Assembly: GCF_009914755.1 (NCBI RefSeq)
Contig: NC_060929.1
DNA length: 64,000 nt
Source of the DNA: the human T2T-CHM13v2.0 reference genome, Homo sapiens
Reading direction: 5' to 3' (one strand)
Within the stretch, counting starts at the first letter, position 1. Every line of letters begins with the position of its first letter. Shown one piece after another: positions 1 through 13,711 of this stretch. Made by a program: the position numbers and the translations under genes. The notes beneath the pieces are model-generated. The model saw nothing but the letters and a program-made list of their open reading frames with translations. It searched no databases and was not told the DNA's origin.

Positions 1-433
1 ATCATGAGACAAGGACTTGGGTACAGGAGATAGGTTGTTTGGGAGGTGATCTCAAGAAGCCAAGTGACAGCGTCGAGAAAGTGAAATAGGAAAGGGAGAA
101 AAGCCAACAGAGGGTGTTTTAGTGGTTAGTGCTGTGGGCAACTGGGCCTCACTCCAGCTGGGGACCTCTGAGGAATCTTATAGGACTGTCCTCAGAGTTT
201 CCCTACTAAGGGGTGGGAAAGCTGAGTTATCTGTCTACCAAATCCCAAACCTCACTCGTTGAGCGTTGCTGTGGGGACATTAAACACCAGCTTTTATACG
301 CTGCCCATACAATGGCTAAACAAGCTTCTAGAGAAAGCTGTTAGGTCAAGAAGCGGAACAGCATGGACACAGGTGGAGGCCGTCAGTGTAGATGGGTGAA
401 CTCAGAGGCAGGACATCTACAATGTGTTGCTAC
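1..433 (-). mobile_element. ERVL LTR fragment (LTR16/LTR33 group)
   Basis: Reverse complement resembles recalled LTR16/33 motifs (GATCACCTCCCAAA, CAGTTGCCCACAGC) and starts TGTAGCA near 433. Confidence 0.6.
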
Positions 434-3057
434 AAAGGCAAAGAGCAAAAGGAGGATGACAGCAGACCTGCCACATTTAAAAAAGCTTTCCTATGAGTCC
501 TCCCTACCCAATGCCCTCCTCTTAGGTATCATTGACTATAACTGAATCACACAGCCACCCCTAGCTACAAAGCATCCTGAAAATATACTTTATTGGGGTT
601 ATTATGAGGATGAGTGGGTTAGTTGCTAGCATTGCCTGCCATACCAACCTGTCTTTTTAATTGTTCTTGTTTCTTGGTTCATAAGGTTCATAAAAATAGG
701 CTTGGGTGCAAGCCTATTTTTCCTCTAAGTCTACATATTATTAAAATACTATTTGAAAATATTTTATAGTCAGTTTTACTGCACATTATTATATTCCCTC
801 CCAATCTTCACTTAATTTTTTGAATTCTTAATCTGTCTTAGTCTTCTGATACTTATGTTTCTATTTTTTCTTCTTGTATCTCCTGTAGTCCTTCTAATGA
901 ATGTTGATGCTGCGTTATTTAGGGTATAGAATATATAACTTAGATTTTCATTGTGGATTACACCTGTTATTATTGTAAAGTATACTTCCTGTTTAATTAT
1001 TTTTGCCCTGAATTCAATCTTATATTTAAAATCACTGTCTGGTGATTCCTTTTTGTTCACATTTATTCTGGTACGCCTTTGCCCAGCCTTGTAGTTTCAA
1101 CATTTTAGAATCACTTTGTTTAGGCCTGGCTCTCATCTGCACCATATAACTCAGTGTTGTTTCACGACCAATATGTGAGTCAAGTCACAGCCTTCTATTT
1201 TTTCTATTCCATTTCATTGTCAGTTTTTTGGAAAAAAAAAATACTCTACATTTACTGTCACCAGTTCCTGACTTTTCATTAGCTTCTCAAACCTTCCTTG
1301 ATCCTGAAGTACTCAGTAGCAGTGTGTTGAATGCAGAAAGGGGGTAGGTCAAGGAGAGTGGAAGAAGAACCTCTGCCTGTCTTCTCCACTGCTGGTTACT
1401 GATTCTGGGTCAGGAATAAGGAAAAGCTTTAAGTTGGACATGATATGATGGTTGTGATTTAGGGAACGCTGACGTTTCAATACCTGAAAATGAGTAGTAC
1501 TCAAGGTGATCAGAAAATATATGGGCTCCACCTAAGATATTATCTGAGAGAGGGAAGAGATATCTAACAGATTAAGTTTAAAAAGCAATCAGTAAGAGGA
1601 AAAAAGAGGCTATTTTCCAATTATAACCAAACAAGTTCAACCCAATTAATGAACTTGTTGCCCAGTGTTGCAACTAGTGATTTGATTTTCAAATCAAAGT
1701 GATCCTTACATAAGGATCACTATTGCAAACTGAACAGATGGTGAGACAGTTTTGATTCATTCTAAGGTCACAGAATAATTTGCTGAAAATGGGTGGAATT
1801 GTTCCAGAGAGTTACACAAAATCAAATGTCTTCATATGCCTGGGGACTGGATTTTTAAATAAGACTTAATTATAACAAAATATTTGTATTAATCTTTCAA
1901 ATACACCAACAAATGGATGATTTTACAGTGCCCTCTAGAATTCACCAGTATAAATGGACAAGGCAGGAATAAATTGTTTTTCACTGACTAGTGAAATCAC
2001 AATGCAAGCTAAGCAATATTACATATAGGGTGATAGCTCCCGCCACAATTCTCTCTCTCAGGTAAAAACAACTGAATGTCTTCTATCAACTTTTCACTAT
2101 TTCCATATAAAATATTCTATTGTTTAAACAATATTTCTGGATATGAAAAAGAGACAGTTATTTAAATAATTCCCAGTCATTTAGCTTCTATTTTACAATT
2201 CCTTGGTAATGTTAGAGTTCCCTAACCAGACACTCTCTAACAGACTATAGTTCCCCAAAGATGGGCCTTAAAAGATGGATTCTTTAACAACTGTAAAAGC
2301 TGCAGCAACAACCGTGAATCTTCAAGTGTAGCTGTTAAGATAAGATAGTTTGAGGGCAGGTATAATAAAAGGAAAAAGTTTAAATATTTATTTAAAAAAT
2401 AATAATTCCTACTTTTGATTGCCTGTTATGTGTCAAACATTCTTATTAACACTGATAATCTCCTTTTGGTGTAAATAAATTAACTATGAGAGCGTAGTTA
2501 ATACATTTTTTTAAGACAATATAGCTAAAATATAGCAGAACCAATCATCAACCATGAACCTGCCTTTATCATTAATACTTATTTTCCTAAACCACCAAAC
2601 CCTCAAAGTCTATTTTTCTTCTTTTGAAAAATAAGTATTTCTTGGAGGCCAGTAGAAAACAAAACAATCAATTGTGTTTGAATGGATGTTGATTATTCTG
2701 TTGCTGATAGTATCCGGTTTACGCCCCTCAGACCATCCTCAGAGAAATAAAAAAATCTTCAATGTGGATGACAGTTTTATGACTACACCGCTTAGTCCCA
2801 ATACAGTATTTTTCTTTGAGAATTCAAACCTATATGACTGACCACAAACCTACCATTTAAAAATTATTCCAGTTATTATATTATAGTCATTTATTTTACA
2901 GTTAGAAAATCAAATGCGTACAGTAGATCATCTTTCTACATATTTCCTTGGATTACAGGAAAATTCTCAGAAACTTCTAGCTCATAGGTACAAAATAAGT
3001 TTTAAATTATTTACCCTTGCTTGAGAATTTTAAATAAAAACCAGGTCCCTATATATA

Positions 3058-3115
3058 AATATAGAAGGTAAGAAATGTACTTCAAGAATATAGAAGATAA
3101 GAAATGTACTTCAAG
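3058..3115. repeat. 29-bp tandem duplication (1 mismatch)
   Basis: aatatagaag(g/a)taagaaatgtacttcaag x2, read directly. Confidence 0.9.
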
Positions 3116-4833
3116 AAATGATAAAACATCAGTGGATGGGTGGGACTTAGGTAATGTTGAGAATTTTTCACAATTATCATGCACTAATTTTAACAGCTTT
3201 ACTGACTACCTCTAATTGCTTTTTATGTGAGAAAAGCAATTAACTGTTTTTTCAACCACTGCTTTTGGATTTTTGTTATACGTAGTCTGAGATATAATAA
3301 TCCCAACTGATACTGTTAGTTTAACATTAACTGGGATCTATAAAATATAAGAGAAAGGAAATGTCTAGTGATGGGTGTAATCTGGAGCACAGAAACATTT
3401 TATAGCTTGTTCATGTTGGAAGGAAAATCAACTAACATTAGGCTGTTACTAGGCATTAAGACTGCAGATACCAAACCAGTTTGCCTACTACAGAGAAATA
3501 CCAGGAAGTGGATGTCCCACCCTGATTTGGGCATGGAAGCAGGCCATGTTGAGAGACTGCTTAGGGTATTACAGGTCAGTCTGAGGAAAGTGCCTGGTGG
3601 AAACCTTGGTGGAATCAGAAGAGAAAGCAAAAAAGTGCATGTAGTTGGAGAGGTTTGTTTTTGTATACATATGCAAATAAATATGCAAATGTGCATATAA
3701 ATATGCAAGCCTGTGCTTGACCTGGCTGCCAGTCAGTGTAAATGAATGAGAGGTAATAACTTCTTGATTTTTTTTTTCTCTTCCTATCAATATTTCTGCA
3801 AGGTTTGGTTGTTAATATTGGACGCAGGAGTATTCACTCCCTTGGCAGAGGTTGGAGCTATAGCTGTTAGACACCTGTCACAGAATTGCTGATCTTCTTA
3901 AAGGCTGCTGTGGGGAGACTACCTGAAGAAGGGTATAAAGAGTGGGGTTTCAATATAGAGTAGACTAAATGATATGTTTTATAAGGTAGGTCTAATTGAC
4001 ACATATTGACTCTATGCACTGAAAACAAGGATTATACCTTCTTTTCTAACAGTTTCACAAAAATTTAGGCCCCAAATCCTCAGTAAATGCCAAAAAGCAG
4101 AAATAATGTGGATATATTTCATTGATCACAAAGCAAATCAACTGAGAAGACAAAAAGACTCTATTATCTGGAATTTTAAAACTCTCTTAAAACTCGAGTC
4201 AAAGATGATATCAAAACTAAAATTGCAGCTTAATTAGAAAATATTGATAACACTACATACTAATATCCACGGAATACAATTAAAGCAACCCTCAGAAGAA
4301 ACAGTGGTTTTCAATAATTGTATTAATAACCACAAAAGAATAAGAGTAAATGAATTAACTACCCAGCTAAAAAATATAGAGAAAAAAACAGCTACCAAAA
4401 AGGAGATAAGGAAAAATGAATTATAAAAGAAAATAATAAAATCAAACTAAGAAAAATGATAATCCCAATGAATAAATTTAACAAGACAGATAAACTACTA
4501 GCTAACTTGGCCAAGAATAAAATTAAGAAAGCACAAAAATACATAATAAAAAGATACAAAGGAAAATAAAATAATCATAGGAGCCTATTTCCCTCAACTG
4601 CCTGCAAATAAATTTAGGTGAACATTTAGGTGAAATTAATCCTTTTTCTAAAAAAACACAATTTACTGAAATTGGTGAATTAAAAATATAAACATTAAAT
4701 ATTAAATGTCCAAGAAAAATAAAAAGAAAACAGTTGTCAAGGAGGTAGGCTCCCAAAGAGCATCAGGCTCAGAGGGCTTCAAAGGCTAATCTTACAAAAT
4801 CTTTATGGAAGAAATAAATAGGCTGTAATGCTA

Positions 4834-5137
4834 TTTTTTTGTTTTTCAGACAGGGTCTTGCTCTGTCACCCAGGCTAATGTGCAATGGCATGATCACAAC
4901 TCACTGCAGCCTTGAACTCCTAGGCTCAAGCCATCCTCCCGCCTCAGGTAGCTAGGATTATAGACACTGCACCACCATGTCCAGCTATCTCTTAATTTTT
5001 TTTTTTTTTTTTTTTTTTTTGTAAAGATGGGGTCTCCTTATGTTGTTCAGCTGGTCTCAAACTCCTGGCCTCAAGCAATCCACCTGCCTCAGCCTCCTAA
5101 AGTCCTGGGATTATAGGCGTGAGCCACCATGACTGGC
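4834..5137 (-). mobile_element. AluJ with expanded central A-tract
   Basis: Antisense Alu with J-type features (cagggtcttgctctgtcacccaggct, ctcaagccatcctccc); T25 linker; short TSD taatgct. Confidence 0.9.
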
Positions 5138-5389
5138 ATCTAATGCTTTTTAAATTGTTCCAGAGCAGAGGCAAAAGAGGAAAGCTTCCAAATTCTATTA
5201 ATGAAAGTAGCATACGCTTGTTACCAGAAACTGACAGCACAAAAATCACTTATGAATACTGATTTTAAAATGTTCACCAAAGTTTTAGCAAACAGAATCC
5301 AGCAGCACCTTAAAATAATTAAGGGAAAAAGAATTTTTTCCCTATGGTCTCAAGAATGATTTAACATTATTCACTATTTTAATAAGTGG

Positions 5390-5950
5390 TTGGGTATAGT
5401 AACATGGTTCATTCACTGTCTACCCCAATCTCTCTTTTGTATGACATCCTATACCATAAAGGCTGGAAAGTTCAGAATCTTCATTTCCTAGGCTCCCTTG
5501 CAGCCAGGGTCTTCAATGTGAATTACGTTTGACAATCAGACAGATGCATTTGTGTGAGACTTGTTTTCAGAATACAGTTGGTGGCACCTGAGGCAGCCAT
5601 TTTGCTGGGGTAGCTTGTAGCAGACACAGTGAGACTCTGGAGCTGGTAGTCCTTTTATCGGTTTTCTGATCCAGAGGTGAAAGATAGGAAGGTGTGTTCC
5701 TGGAGCTAAGAATTGTGGTGGCAGGCTGTCATTCCCAGATCACCTTAAGATGACATGCTCACAAACTGTGGGATGGGAGCATGACTTCCTGACTGTGACA
5801 GAGGGGGCAGATCCCTGGGTGGGCCAGTTTTGCAGTATGGTTCCGGGAGCCACTACTAGACAGCTTGCTCCTCCAGCTTTCTACTGATTTGTATGCAGCC
5901 AATTCCCTGTATAAAACCCTCTTCTGTTTTCTGCAACTGAAATTTGTCTG
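5390..5950 (+). mobile_element. ERVL LTR (LTR33-like) inserted in L1
   Basis: catttcctaggctcccttgcagccaggg and ccaattccctgtataaaaccctcttctg resemble LTR33-family sequence. Confidence 0.55.
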
Positions 5951-7739
5951 ATAAAAGTGATTAAAAAAGAAAAAAGTTATGCATGATTTTCTCCAAATAT
6001 ACTGAAAAGGCATTCAATAGATCTCAACATCCATACTTGATTTTTAAAAAAAATCACAATAAAGGGGAAAGATGGGTATTTCCCAAAAGCCAGCAGTCTG
6101 CTCAATGAGGAAACACTAATGCTCAATGAGCATTGCTGTTAAAATGAGCAGCAAGACAATTGTATCTACAGTCATCACTATTATTTGGTGTAGTTCTGGA
6201 GGTTTAACCAATGCAATTAGACAAGACAAAGACATGAGTTATAAACATTGGAAGAGTGGTACAATATCACTATTTACAGATCACTGTATGCCTGGAAATC
6301 CCAAGAAACTCAATTATACATGTGTTGTGAACAATGTGAGAACTTGTGGAATGGATGGGTACAAAATTAGTGTGCAGAAAGGAATCACCTTCATCTATAC
6401 AAACAACAAGCAGTTAGAAAACATAATAGAAATAAAGACCCAATTTGACATAGTGAAAAAAAAAAAAAACTGAATGTAAGCTCCATTCTGGAAAGGACTT
6501 TGCCTGCCTGCTCACTGTTATGGTTTTTGAATATGTGAAAGAATACAATGAAAACATAAATATTTTAAGTAGACAAGCTGGTCTATAGCTTATAATAAAA
6601 AGTAAAGAAAAAATCCAGAAATTTTCAGAAAAAATAAACCAATAACAGTGAGGGGCATGCTCTAATAAACACTTAATGGAATACACTCGCTTTCCCCAAG
6701 TAGAAACATTTGACAATTGAGTAAATGATAAAAATAGCATTTTAAATAGTAATTCTTTCAAAGAGAACTCATGCAAGGTTAACTTCATACCCATGCATGT
6801 CTGAAAATGCCTTTATTTTTACATCTGTTGGAGAGTTTGGCTCAGCAGAGAACTCTAGACAGAGTAAAAATTCTCTTCAGAATATTTAAGATATTGTTCT
6901 CTTGTTTTTCCTATTTACTATTGTCACTGAGAAGTCAGATATTAATCTGATTCTTGTCCCATCTGTAGCTAATCTGTTTACTCACTTTGAAAACTCCTAA
7001 AAAAACAAAATTAAATCAGGCCATTTAGCTACTTATTGCCAGAGGTTTAAGCAGGACCCAAAGCCTACCAAATCTACTAGGGCACTGAAGTGTTCTTCCC
7101 ATCAAATCTCTATCGCAATTTCTACTTACTGAGAATAATAGGATGCCAAAAATATAAGCAAAATTAATCATCAATCAGTAAGGCTCAACTTCTTTAATGA
7201 CTTCCTACCAATGGAATTTGAGAACCTCACCTTTCTTAAACTATATAAAATTGCATTTCAGTTTTTATCCACCAGATGTCACCTGAGCAACAGTAGAAAA
7301 CATACAGTTCATATTTGATTCTTTCCAAAAGAAAAAAATATTTTCATCTTTTAGGCATGAAAATTAGAATGTTCTTGTTATAATATATCAGTAATAGAAG
7401 TAAGAGCAAACCAGTTGAAATCCTGGCAGATAAATAAAAACACTTACTTTCATATTAAGACTCACAAATACAGTCAACTGACATTTAGCTTCTTAAATGG
7501 ATTGTTCCCAAAATTTTATACTAAATCTAATAATTATTTTTAGCAAAAATGGTTAGAATAGTTTTTAATGCTACCAATTTCTATGTGATACAAATAGTTT
7601 TTTAAAAAAACACCTCAATTACTTATACCAGAATATAAATCAAAACAATAGATACTAGCAACTTTGAAGTTCATGAACTAATTTTTACCTGCAATCTCAT
7701 TCAACCTTCATTAGTTATTCCCTAATGTATTTGAACAGA

Positions 7740-8330
7740 CTTCTTAAATGACCTGTAAAACCCTGCATGATATGGTCCCTGACCACTTTTCCTGCTTCTC
7801 TCTCCATCTTTCCTGGTTCTCTAGCTACCCTGGGCTTTTTTAGCTCTCATAACATGCCAGCATCCCTTAGCCTGTATTAGTGGTTATGTCTGGAGGGAGC
7901 CTCTAACCCTCGCTTCCTGACACAATTCGAATGTCAGTTCCTAGGGAAGCCTTTTTTGGCCACCTCCACCCACATCTAGATTTGGATCCCATCTAATCTG
8001 ATTTTTCCCCTTTATAACAGTTGTCATAATTCATTATCTATTTGTGTGATTATTTGATTAATATTCTTTCCCTTCTAGAGGACAACCTCCATGGGGCACC
8101 CCTGTGTCTCTGCTATTCAGCACGGAGTCCATAGGAGCACTTAATAAATATTTGTTGAAGGAAAGACTTCCTGAATATAGGTTATAATGTTTATACTCCT
8201 CCCCCATTCAAATGCAAACTCCACAAGAGATGATGTTTGTTCCATTTACTATTGCATATCTATGCCTGAGGCAGCCCATCTTAGACATCAATTTGAATTT
8301 TTTAGATGGATCCATGAAAAAATAAATGAG
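7740..8330 (+). mobile_element. L2 3' fragments
   Basis: Degenerate L2 3' end ending ttaataaatatttgttgaa. Confidence 0.6.
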
Positions 8331-8742
8331 TATGTATTTTCTAAACTAAAAATTAGGACATATTTGGACAAGTATTTGGAATGAGGGTCAGCTTCAGATA
8401 TATGGGACAGATAACTTCTAAATATGAGAACAGTTAAATGTCATTTCTTAATAACTATTTTTGTTCCATTGGTGAAGTGAGATGGAGATGACAAAAACAC
8501 TGGTCATCTAAGGCAAGTCCTAGGTATATACATTTCGCTTATTTTTTTTTCAATAGTAATTTTTTTTTATTATCCTCACTCACTCAGGAATCAACCAAAA
8601 ACATGACATTGAGCCATCTTTCCTAGGGAAATTACAGGATTTTTCAATTGGGATGGCTCAATGTAGTTATTGACTGTATCTCACAGGTGGGTGGAAGGAT
8701 GAAGCACTCTTCAATCCAGGGAAGGGCTTGGATAGATTTTTT

Positions 8743-8772
8743 ATTTTATTTTATTTTATTTTATTTATTCAT

Positions 8773-8815
<43 letters not shown>

Positions 8816-9087
8816 TTTTGAGATGGAGTCTTGCTCTGTTGCCCAGGCTGGCGTGCAGTGATGTGATCTTGGCTCATTGCAAGCTCCACCATTCTCCTGC
8901 CTCAGCCTCCCCAGTAGCTGGGACCACAGGTGCCTGCCACCAAACCCGGCTAATTTTTTGTATTTTTTTTAGTACAGACGGGGTTTCACCATCTTAGTCA
9001 GGATGGCCTCGATCTCCTGTCTTCGTGATCCACCCGCCTTGGCCTCCCAAAGTGCTGGGACTACAGGCGTGAGCCACCGCGCCCGGC
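8743..9087 (-). mobile_element. AluY-like element with (TTTA)n tail and small internal deletion
   Basis: Antisense Alu with aagctcc / aggatggcctcgatctcctg; TSD tggatagattttt at 8729 and 9088; tail expanded into a TTTA/TTTTA microsatellite. Confidence 0.93.
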
Positions 9088-9169
9088 TGGATAGATTTTT
9101 TTTTTTAGCCACTGCCACAACATGGCACAGGGACCCTGACTGGTGTAATTCAGTTATTCCATAAACATT

Positions 9170-9620
9170 ATTTATTCATTCAAACAGCTTTTAATTAGAC
9201 GATCATTATGTGCCAGTTACAGTGCTTGCTGCTAGGGCTACAAAGCCAAATGAGGCATGGTCGTTGCTCTCAAGCAGCTATCTTGTCAGGGAAGACAGGT
9301 CAATAGACCAATAGCTGAAGTCCAGTTTGGCTCAAATAAATACAATGCACAGGGTATTATAGGAATATGCAGTTTGGTATAAATTAGAGTTGTGGGAAGG
9401 GGTCTTCAGCAGGGCTTCCTTAAAGAAGTGACACCCAAGCTTAGTTTTCAAGGACCAGACGCAGTTAGCTGTATTAATTCCACTATTAGCAGTAGTAATA
9501 GTGGAAAGGAAGACAGCTTCTTAGGAGAGAAAACCTGAGATAGAGAGCACGGAGAAATGATATACAATAGTTTGTTTAGGGAACTAGAAGAAATTCAGCA
9601 TGGCTATAACAAAGCATGAT
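9170..9620 (-). mobile_element. L2 fragment
   Basis: Begins tttattcattcaaaca (antisense L2 3' end), followed by typical L2 body. Confidence 0.6.
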
Positions 9621-9929
9621 GCCATTTGATGTAGCAGCGAGGAGACTCTCACTGAATTTGAGAGAGCTGACCGGTTCATTCATCTACTCCTCACTCTCAC
9701 AACCTGAGCCCCAATGAATAATTCTTTCTTTGCACACAAGACAAAACTAGAGATAGTAGAAAAGAAATTTTTAGTATGAACGACAGTTATGGCAAATGCA
9801 GTCTTACAAATTGGCATGAGCTTCTATTACTAGTTTTCTAGGAAAAATAATTGAAGCTTGTCATAGAGACCAGGCAAAGGCTCTAATAAGAATACTTTGC
9901 ATCTGCAGTGAGATGCTTTTGCACCCGTA

Positions 9930-10795
9930 GAAACCAGAGCCTAAAGGAAAGGCTTATGTGCTGCTATCTGTTTTGGGAGTTACATTCCCAGGGAAACAGA
10001 AGTGAGGGAAAAGGGGCAAACATGAGGGAAGTTTGAGTCAGCCTCTTGTTGGCAACAAGTATAGTTCATGTTGCATCTCATGGGATGTGCTCAGTAAGGC
10101 CAAATGAACTTTACATATCAAGGCAGCCCACCAGGGGAGAGGAAGGGAAAACAATTTATCTGCCAGTCCATTTCATTCTACATATGCCCCTGGTCAAGAG
10201 TCTGCCCATGGGCATTAACTCCCCGGGAAGATGTGACCCGGGCTTTCCAGGTCCCCAGGGGAAGCTAAGGTTATACTACTTGAAGTGGGCATTGCCACTC
10301 ATTACCTTTGAGCCCATTTTATATTTGGAGAGTTTCCTGATTTCTGAGAGTTCGTTCTTCAAAGATGAAGTCAGAAACTCTGCTGACATCTTCAATTTGA
10401 GGATCTAGTGTCCAGGTTCTGCCAATTAGACCCATCTTATTGAGACCTCCATGCTGGAGTGAGTGAGGCATCTCACAGAATCCATCATGGCAGATAGAGG
10501 GAGAGGCTCTACCTTCCAGAGATGTTGCCAGAGGTTCTAGGCAGAGTTTCCAGTGTCCGCCACTCGGGGCAAAAGCTGGGTTGTCTGTGCCCAGGCACAG
10601 CAGCAATAGAGTGCCCCCTGGAACCATCTGTGTAACTTTCATATGGCTCCCAGCCTCAGAGCAGCCATGGTTTATTCTGTAGCCCTCACTGAGATTCCAA
10701 GAACTGCTTAAAATCTTTAATACAATTCCTTTTGCTGCCTAAACTACCTAGGGGGAGTTTCATTGTCTGAAATCAAGAACTCTGAAAGATTCATG
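9930..10795. mobile_element. Degenerate ERVL-type LTR fragments (probably two)
   Basis: LTR-like terminal motifs (aatacaattccttttgctgcctaaact...caagaactctga); subfamily not resolved. Confidence 0.4.
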
Positions 10796-11809
10796 TAGCC
10801 TAAAAATAAATTTTGGGTTGCCTTCAAGTTATGACATGCTTCTAATCCTAAATCTGCTTGCTTATGTGAAACAGATTCCATTAATTTTTATACTATATCC
10901 TAGAACCATAGAATTCTTGAATTTAGATGTAGAAGTGTCCTTTTAGAGCCCATTTTATTTTATCATTCACCTTCGGCTTTGAGCGAATTTTCATATCACA
11001 ACCATTTGAGGGAACCAAGTTTCTCACAAAACCAGAAAAAAGGTAATTTATGTGGGCTGAAATGTCTTTGTGCCAGTCATGAGTAGGGCTGAGAGGACAC
11101 CCTTGGGTAATGTTATTTACGTGAGAGACAGGTGAAGGGCCTGCAGGATGTAACCTAATTTAGTCAGACATTTCTGGCACAAAAAAACCAGTGACCTATA
11201 AACCAGTACTTTCCTGCAATTTCTAGTGAAACCAGGTCACTATTTCCAGCCTTTACTTTGTTCCCTGGACTCTTAGCATTGAGCTATGTCATGAATTTCC
11301 TTTTGATAAGGGTAATTAGTAAATTTATGGGAAAAATTTAAGTAAAAGCTCACAAGAATCTTTGGAAAGTGTCACTCTATAAAGTGTTCAGTTATGTCCC
11401 AGTAAGTCATGGCTGTATTATACTAGGATCACAAATTCTTAGAATTGTTATGGTAGTTTTTGTTCTTTTTAGTACATTGAGAAGAATCTGGTGAAACTTT
11501 CCTTTGATTCAGTTTAATTTCCCCCTCAGGTAGAAGGCTATAATGACCCAATGGGCCACCAGTTTGATATTTGATTCTGAACAATTTATTCACCAAGAAT
11601 GGCTGCCTGAATGAGTAAGTATAGATGTTAAATTGGACTTGGTATCAGAATCACCAAAGGATAGTATTGCCCCTCTCCTTCCCCAAGGTTTTCATATGCT
11701 ACCCTTTAGATCAGGATGGGAAAGAAACAGGATCCTATATTGGGTTTAGCTGAGGCTGATCGAAGCATTTTAATGCAAAATGCATTAGCTGGCAAGATGG
11801 CACTAAGCA

Positions 11810-11811
<2 letters not shown>

Positions 11812-11882
<71 letters not shown>
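11812..11882. repeat. Compound microsatellite (TA)~19(GA)~16
   Basis: Directly visible. Confidence 0.97.
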
Positions 11883-11886
<4 letters not shown>

Positions 11887-13711
11887 ATATGTAGAAATTA
11901 TCTTAGTTATAATAGGGGAACACAAAACAATAATGGTTCAAAAGCCTGTCTAATAGTTTTCTAAGGATATGTTCCTTTAAAGCAAACCATTCTGTGATTA
12001 CATTTTTGGGAATGTTCTACTCTCCCATCCCTCTCTGCCAATGGCCCCTGGAACAAGTTTAAGGCTACATGTCCTAGACCTACGAAGTACGTGGCACTAA
12101 ACTGAGACTCACCTTTAAGAGGAGTGGCTGTTCATGAACAATGTGGATCCTTCAATGTGTTTGGGGCCAAAACGAGATTGAGGAGCATTAACTTAAAACA
12201 ATTTGAGGATAGGCCTTATAATATTTGGCTTTCCTTTCCCTTTAATTTCAAATGATAACTGTGTCTACTTTCACTACACTTGAATCCTTAATTTGAAACT
12301 CTATTCTCAGTAGGGTGTGGAATTGACTACTGTACCTCTCTATGCTTCACCATAAATACACAAACACATTCACACACACATGCACACATTTATACAGCAC
12401 ATTCAAACATAAAAGAGTGTATGGTGATGAGTTAGTTGACCTCCCTGCCTTGAAATCCATTCCCCTCTCTAGAAGTAACTATTGTTACAGGTTTCTTTTT
12501 TTTCTTTTTTTTTTTTAATAATTCTAGAGATATTGTTTCCTACATAAGCAAATACATGTGTAGGCATTTATATATACATATATCTTCTTTTTACACAAAT
12601 ATTTACATAATACATACACTGTTTACACATGCTTTTTAAATTTAAATATATCTTAGAGATAATTCTATATCAGCACACGATTATTCTTTTTTGATGGCTG
12701 CAACATATTTGTGAGAGAAAACCTGACAATCTCTTAGCTTAACTGTAGTTATGTTACTTTTTCCTTAGTCTCACGTAATTGTCAACTCTAATTATGTCAA
12801 CCCATAATTAGAGATTGTGGCAGCATTTGCAATTAGTCAAATAGCAATCACCTGTAGAAAAGCATTTTGTTGTCCATCTATCTGACTCTGACTTCCTTTT
12901 ATTTGGTCCAGAACTTGGGTGGGAAGAGGGATTTTCTATAGAAAATGACTTTCTATAGGTGATTGGAAGGTACTTTGCTAAAAGTGAGATATTTTTTAGT
13001 TTTCCCTGTATTTTTAAAGCCTCTTTTTAAAAGAAAGACTTAAAACTCCATTTTTCCCAAATACCTTCCCTCCTCTTGGCACCAATTGTTACTTCATCTA
13101 AATATGTGTAGGATTAGTTTTACATTATCCCCAGGTCTTTTTAATAGGATTGTGTTTCCTGTTTTCACTCAGTTAGATGACCAGAGAGTATACAAGGGTC
13201 TAAAGGCAAGCCAGAGTTTTGGAAGGATAGAGGAAGAATCCAAGCTACATCTCTGTCCTAGCCCAAGAAGTTCTTTAGCTATATTGGCCTCAGAAAATCT
13301 GCCTTTGGAACTTTTGTTGGCATAATGTTTTGGTAAAACCAATCTGATATTCTTCTGGTCTATTTCTTTAGATTTAATAAGATTTTTCTAATGAGATCAC
13401 AGGCATTGCAGTAATTGAAGGCTCTGTCAAAGTCTCATTCAAAGTCTGGGAAAGTGACAGTGAGAGGAGTCTGCTGTGTTACCCTTCCCTCACCCCACCA
13501 CCAACAATTAACAACCAACAATGGCTCTCTTTCCTCATACCAGCAGATTTGATGATAACAAAGAGAAGCTAGTAGTGATTCCACCTATTTCTGCTGCCAA
13601 AAAGCCTCGCAAGCCTATAACAACACCCTTTAGTACAAGGAAAAGGCCAGAAAATAAAAACTTTATAGTGAATAACTCTTCTTTGAAAGAACCAGCAATA
13701 CCACTTTTAGG

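Larger units (their letters stand above)
3960..6470 (+). mobile_element. Old L1 (L1M-type) ORF2 remnant, interrupted by an Alu and an LTR
   Basis: A-rich strand with degenerate L1 ORF2-like sequence (ttttagcaaacagaatccagcagcac, aatgcaattagacaagacaaag, tacaaaattagtgtgcagaaa). Confidence 0.7.

Noticed and set aside
8728-8997. ORFs with Alu-type peptides (also 29992-30282, 46179-46412, 54666-55031)
   Set aside because: Translations of Alu repeats, not genes.
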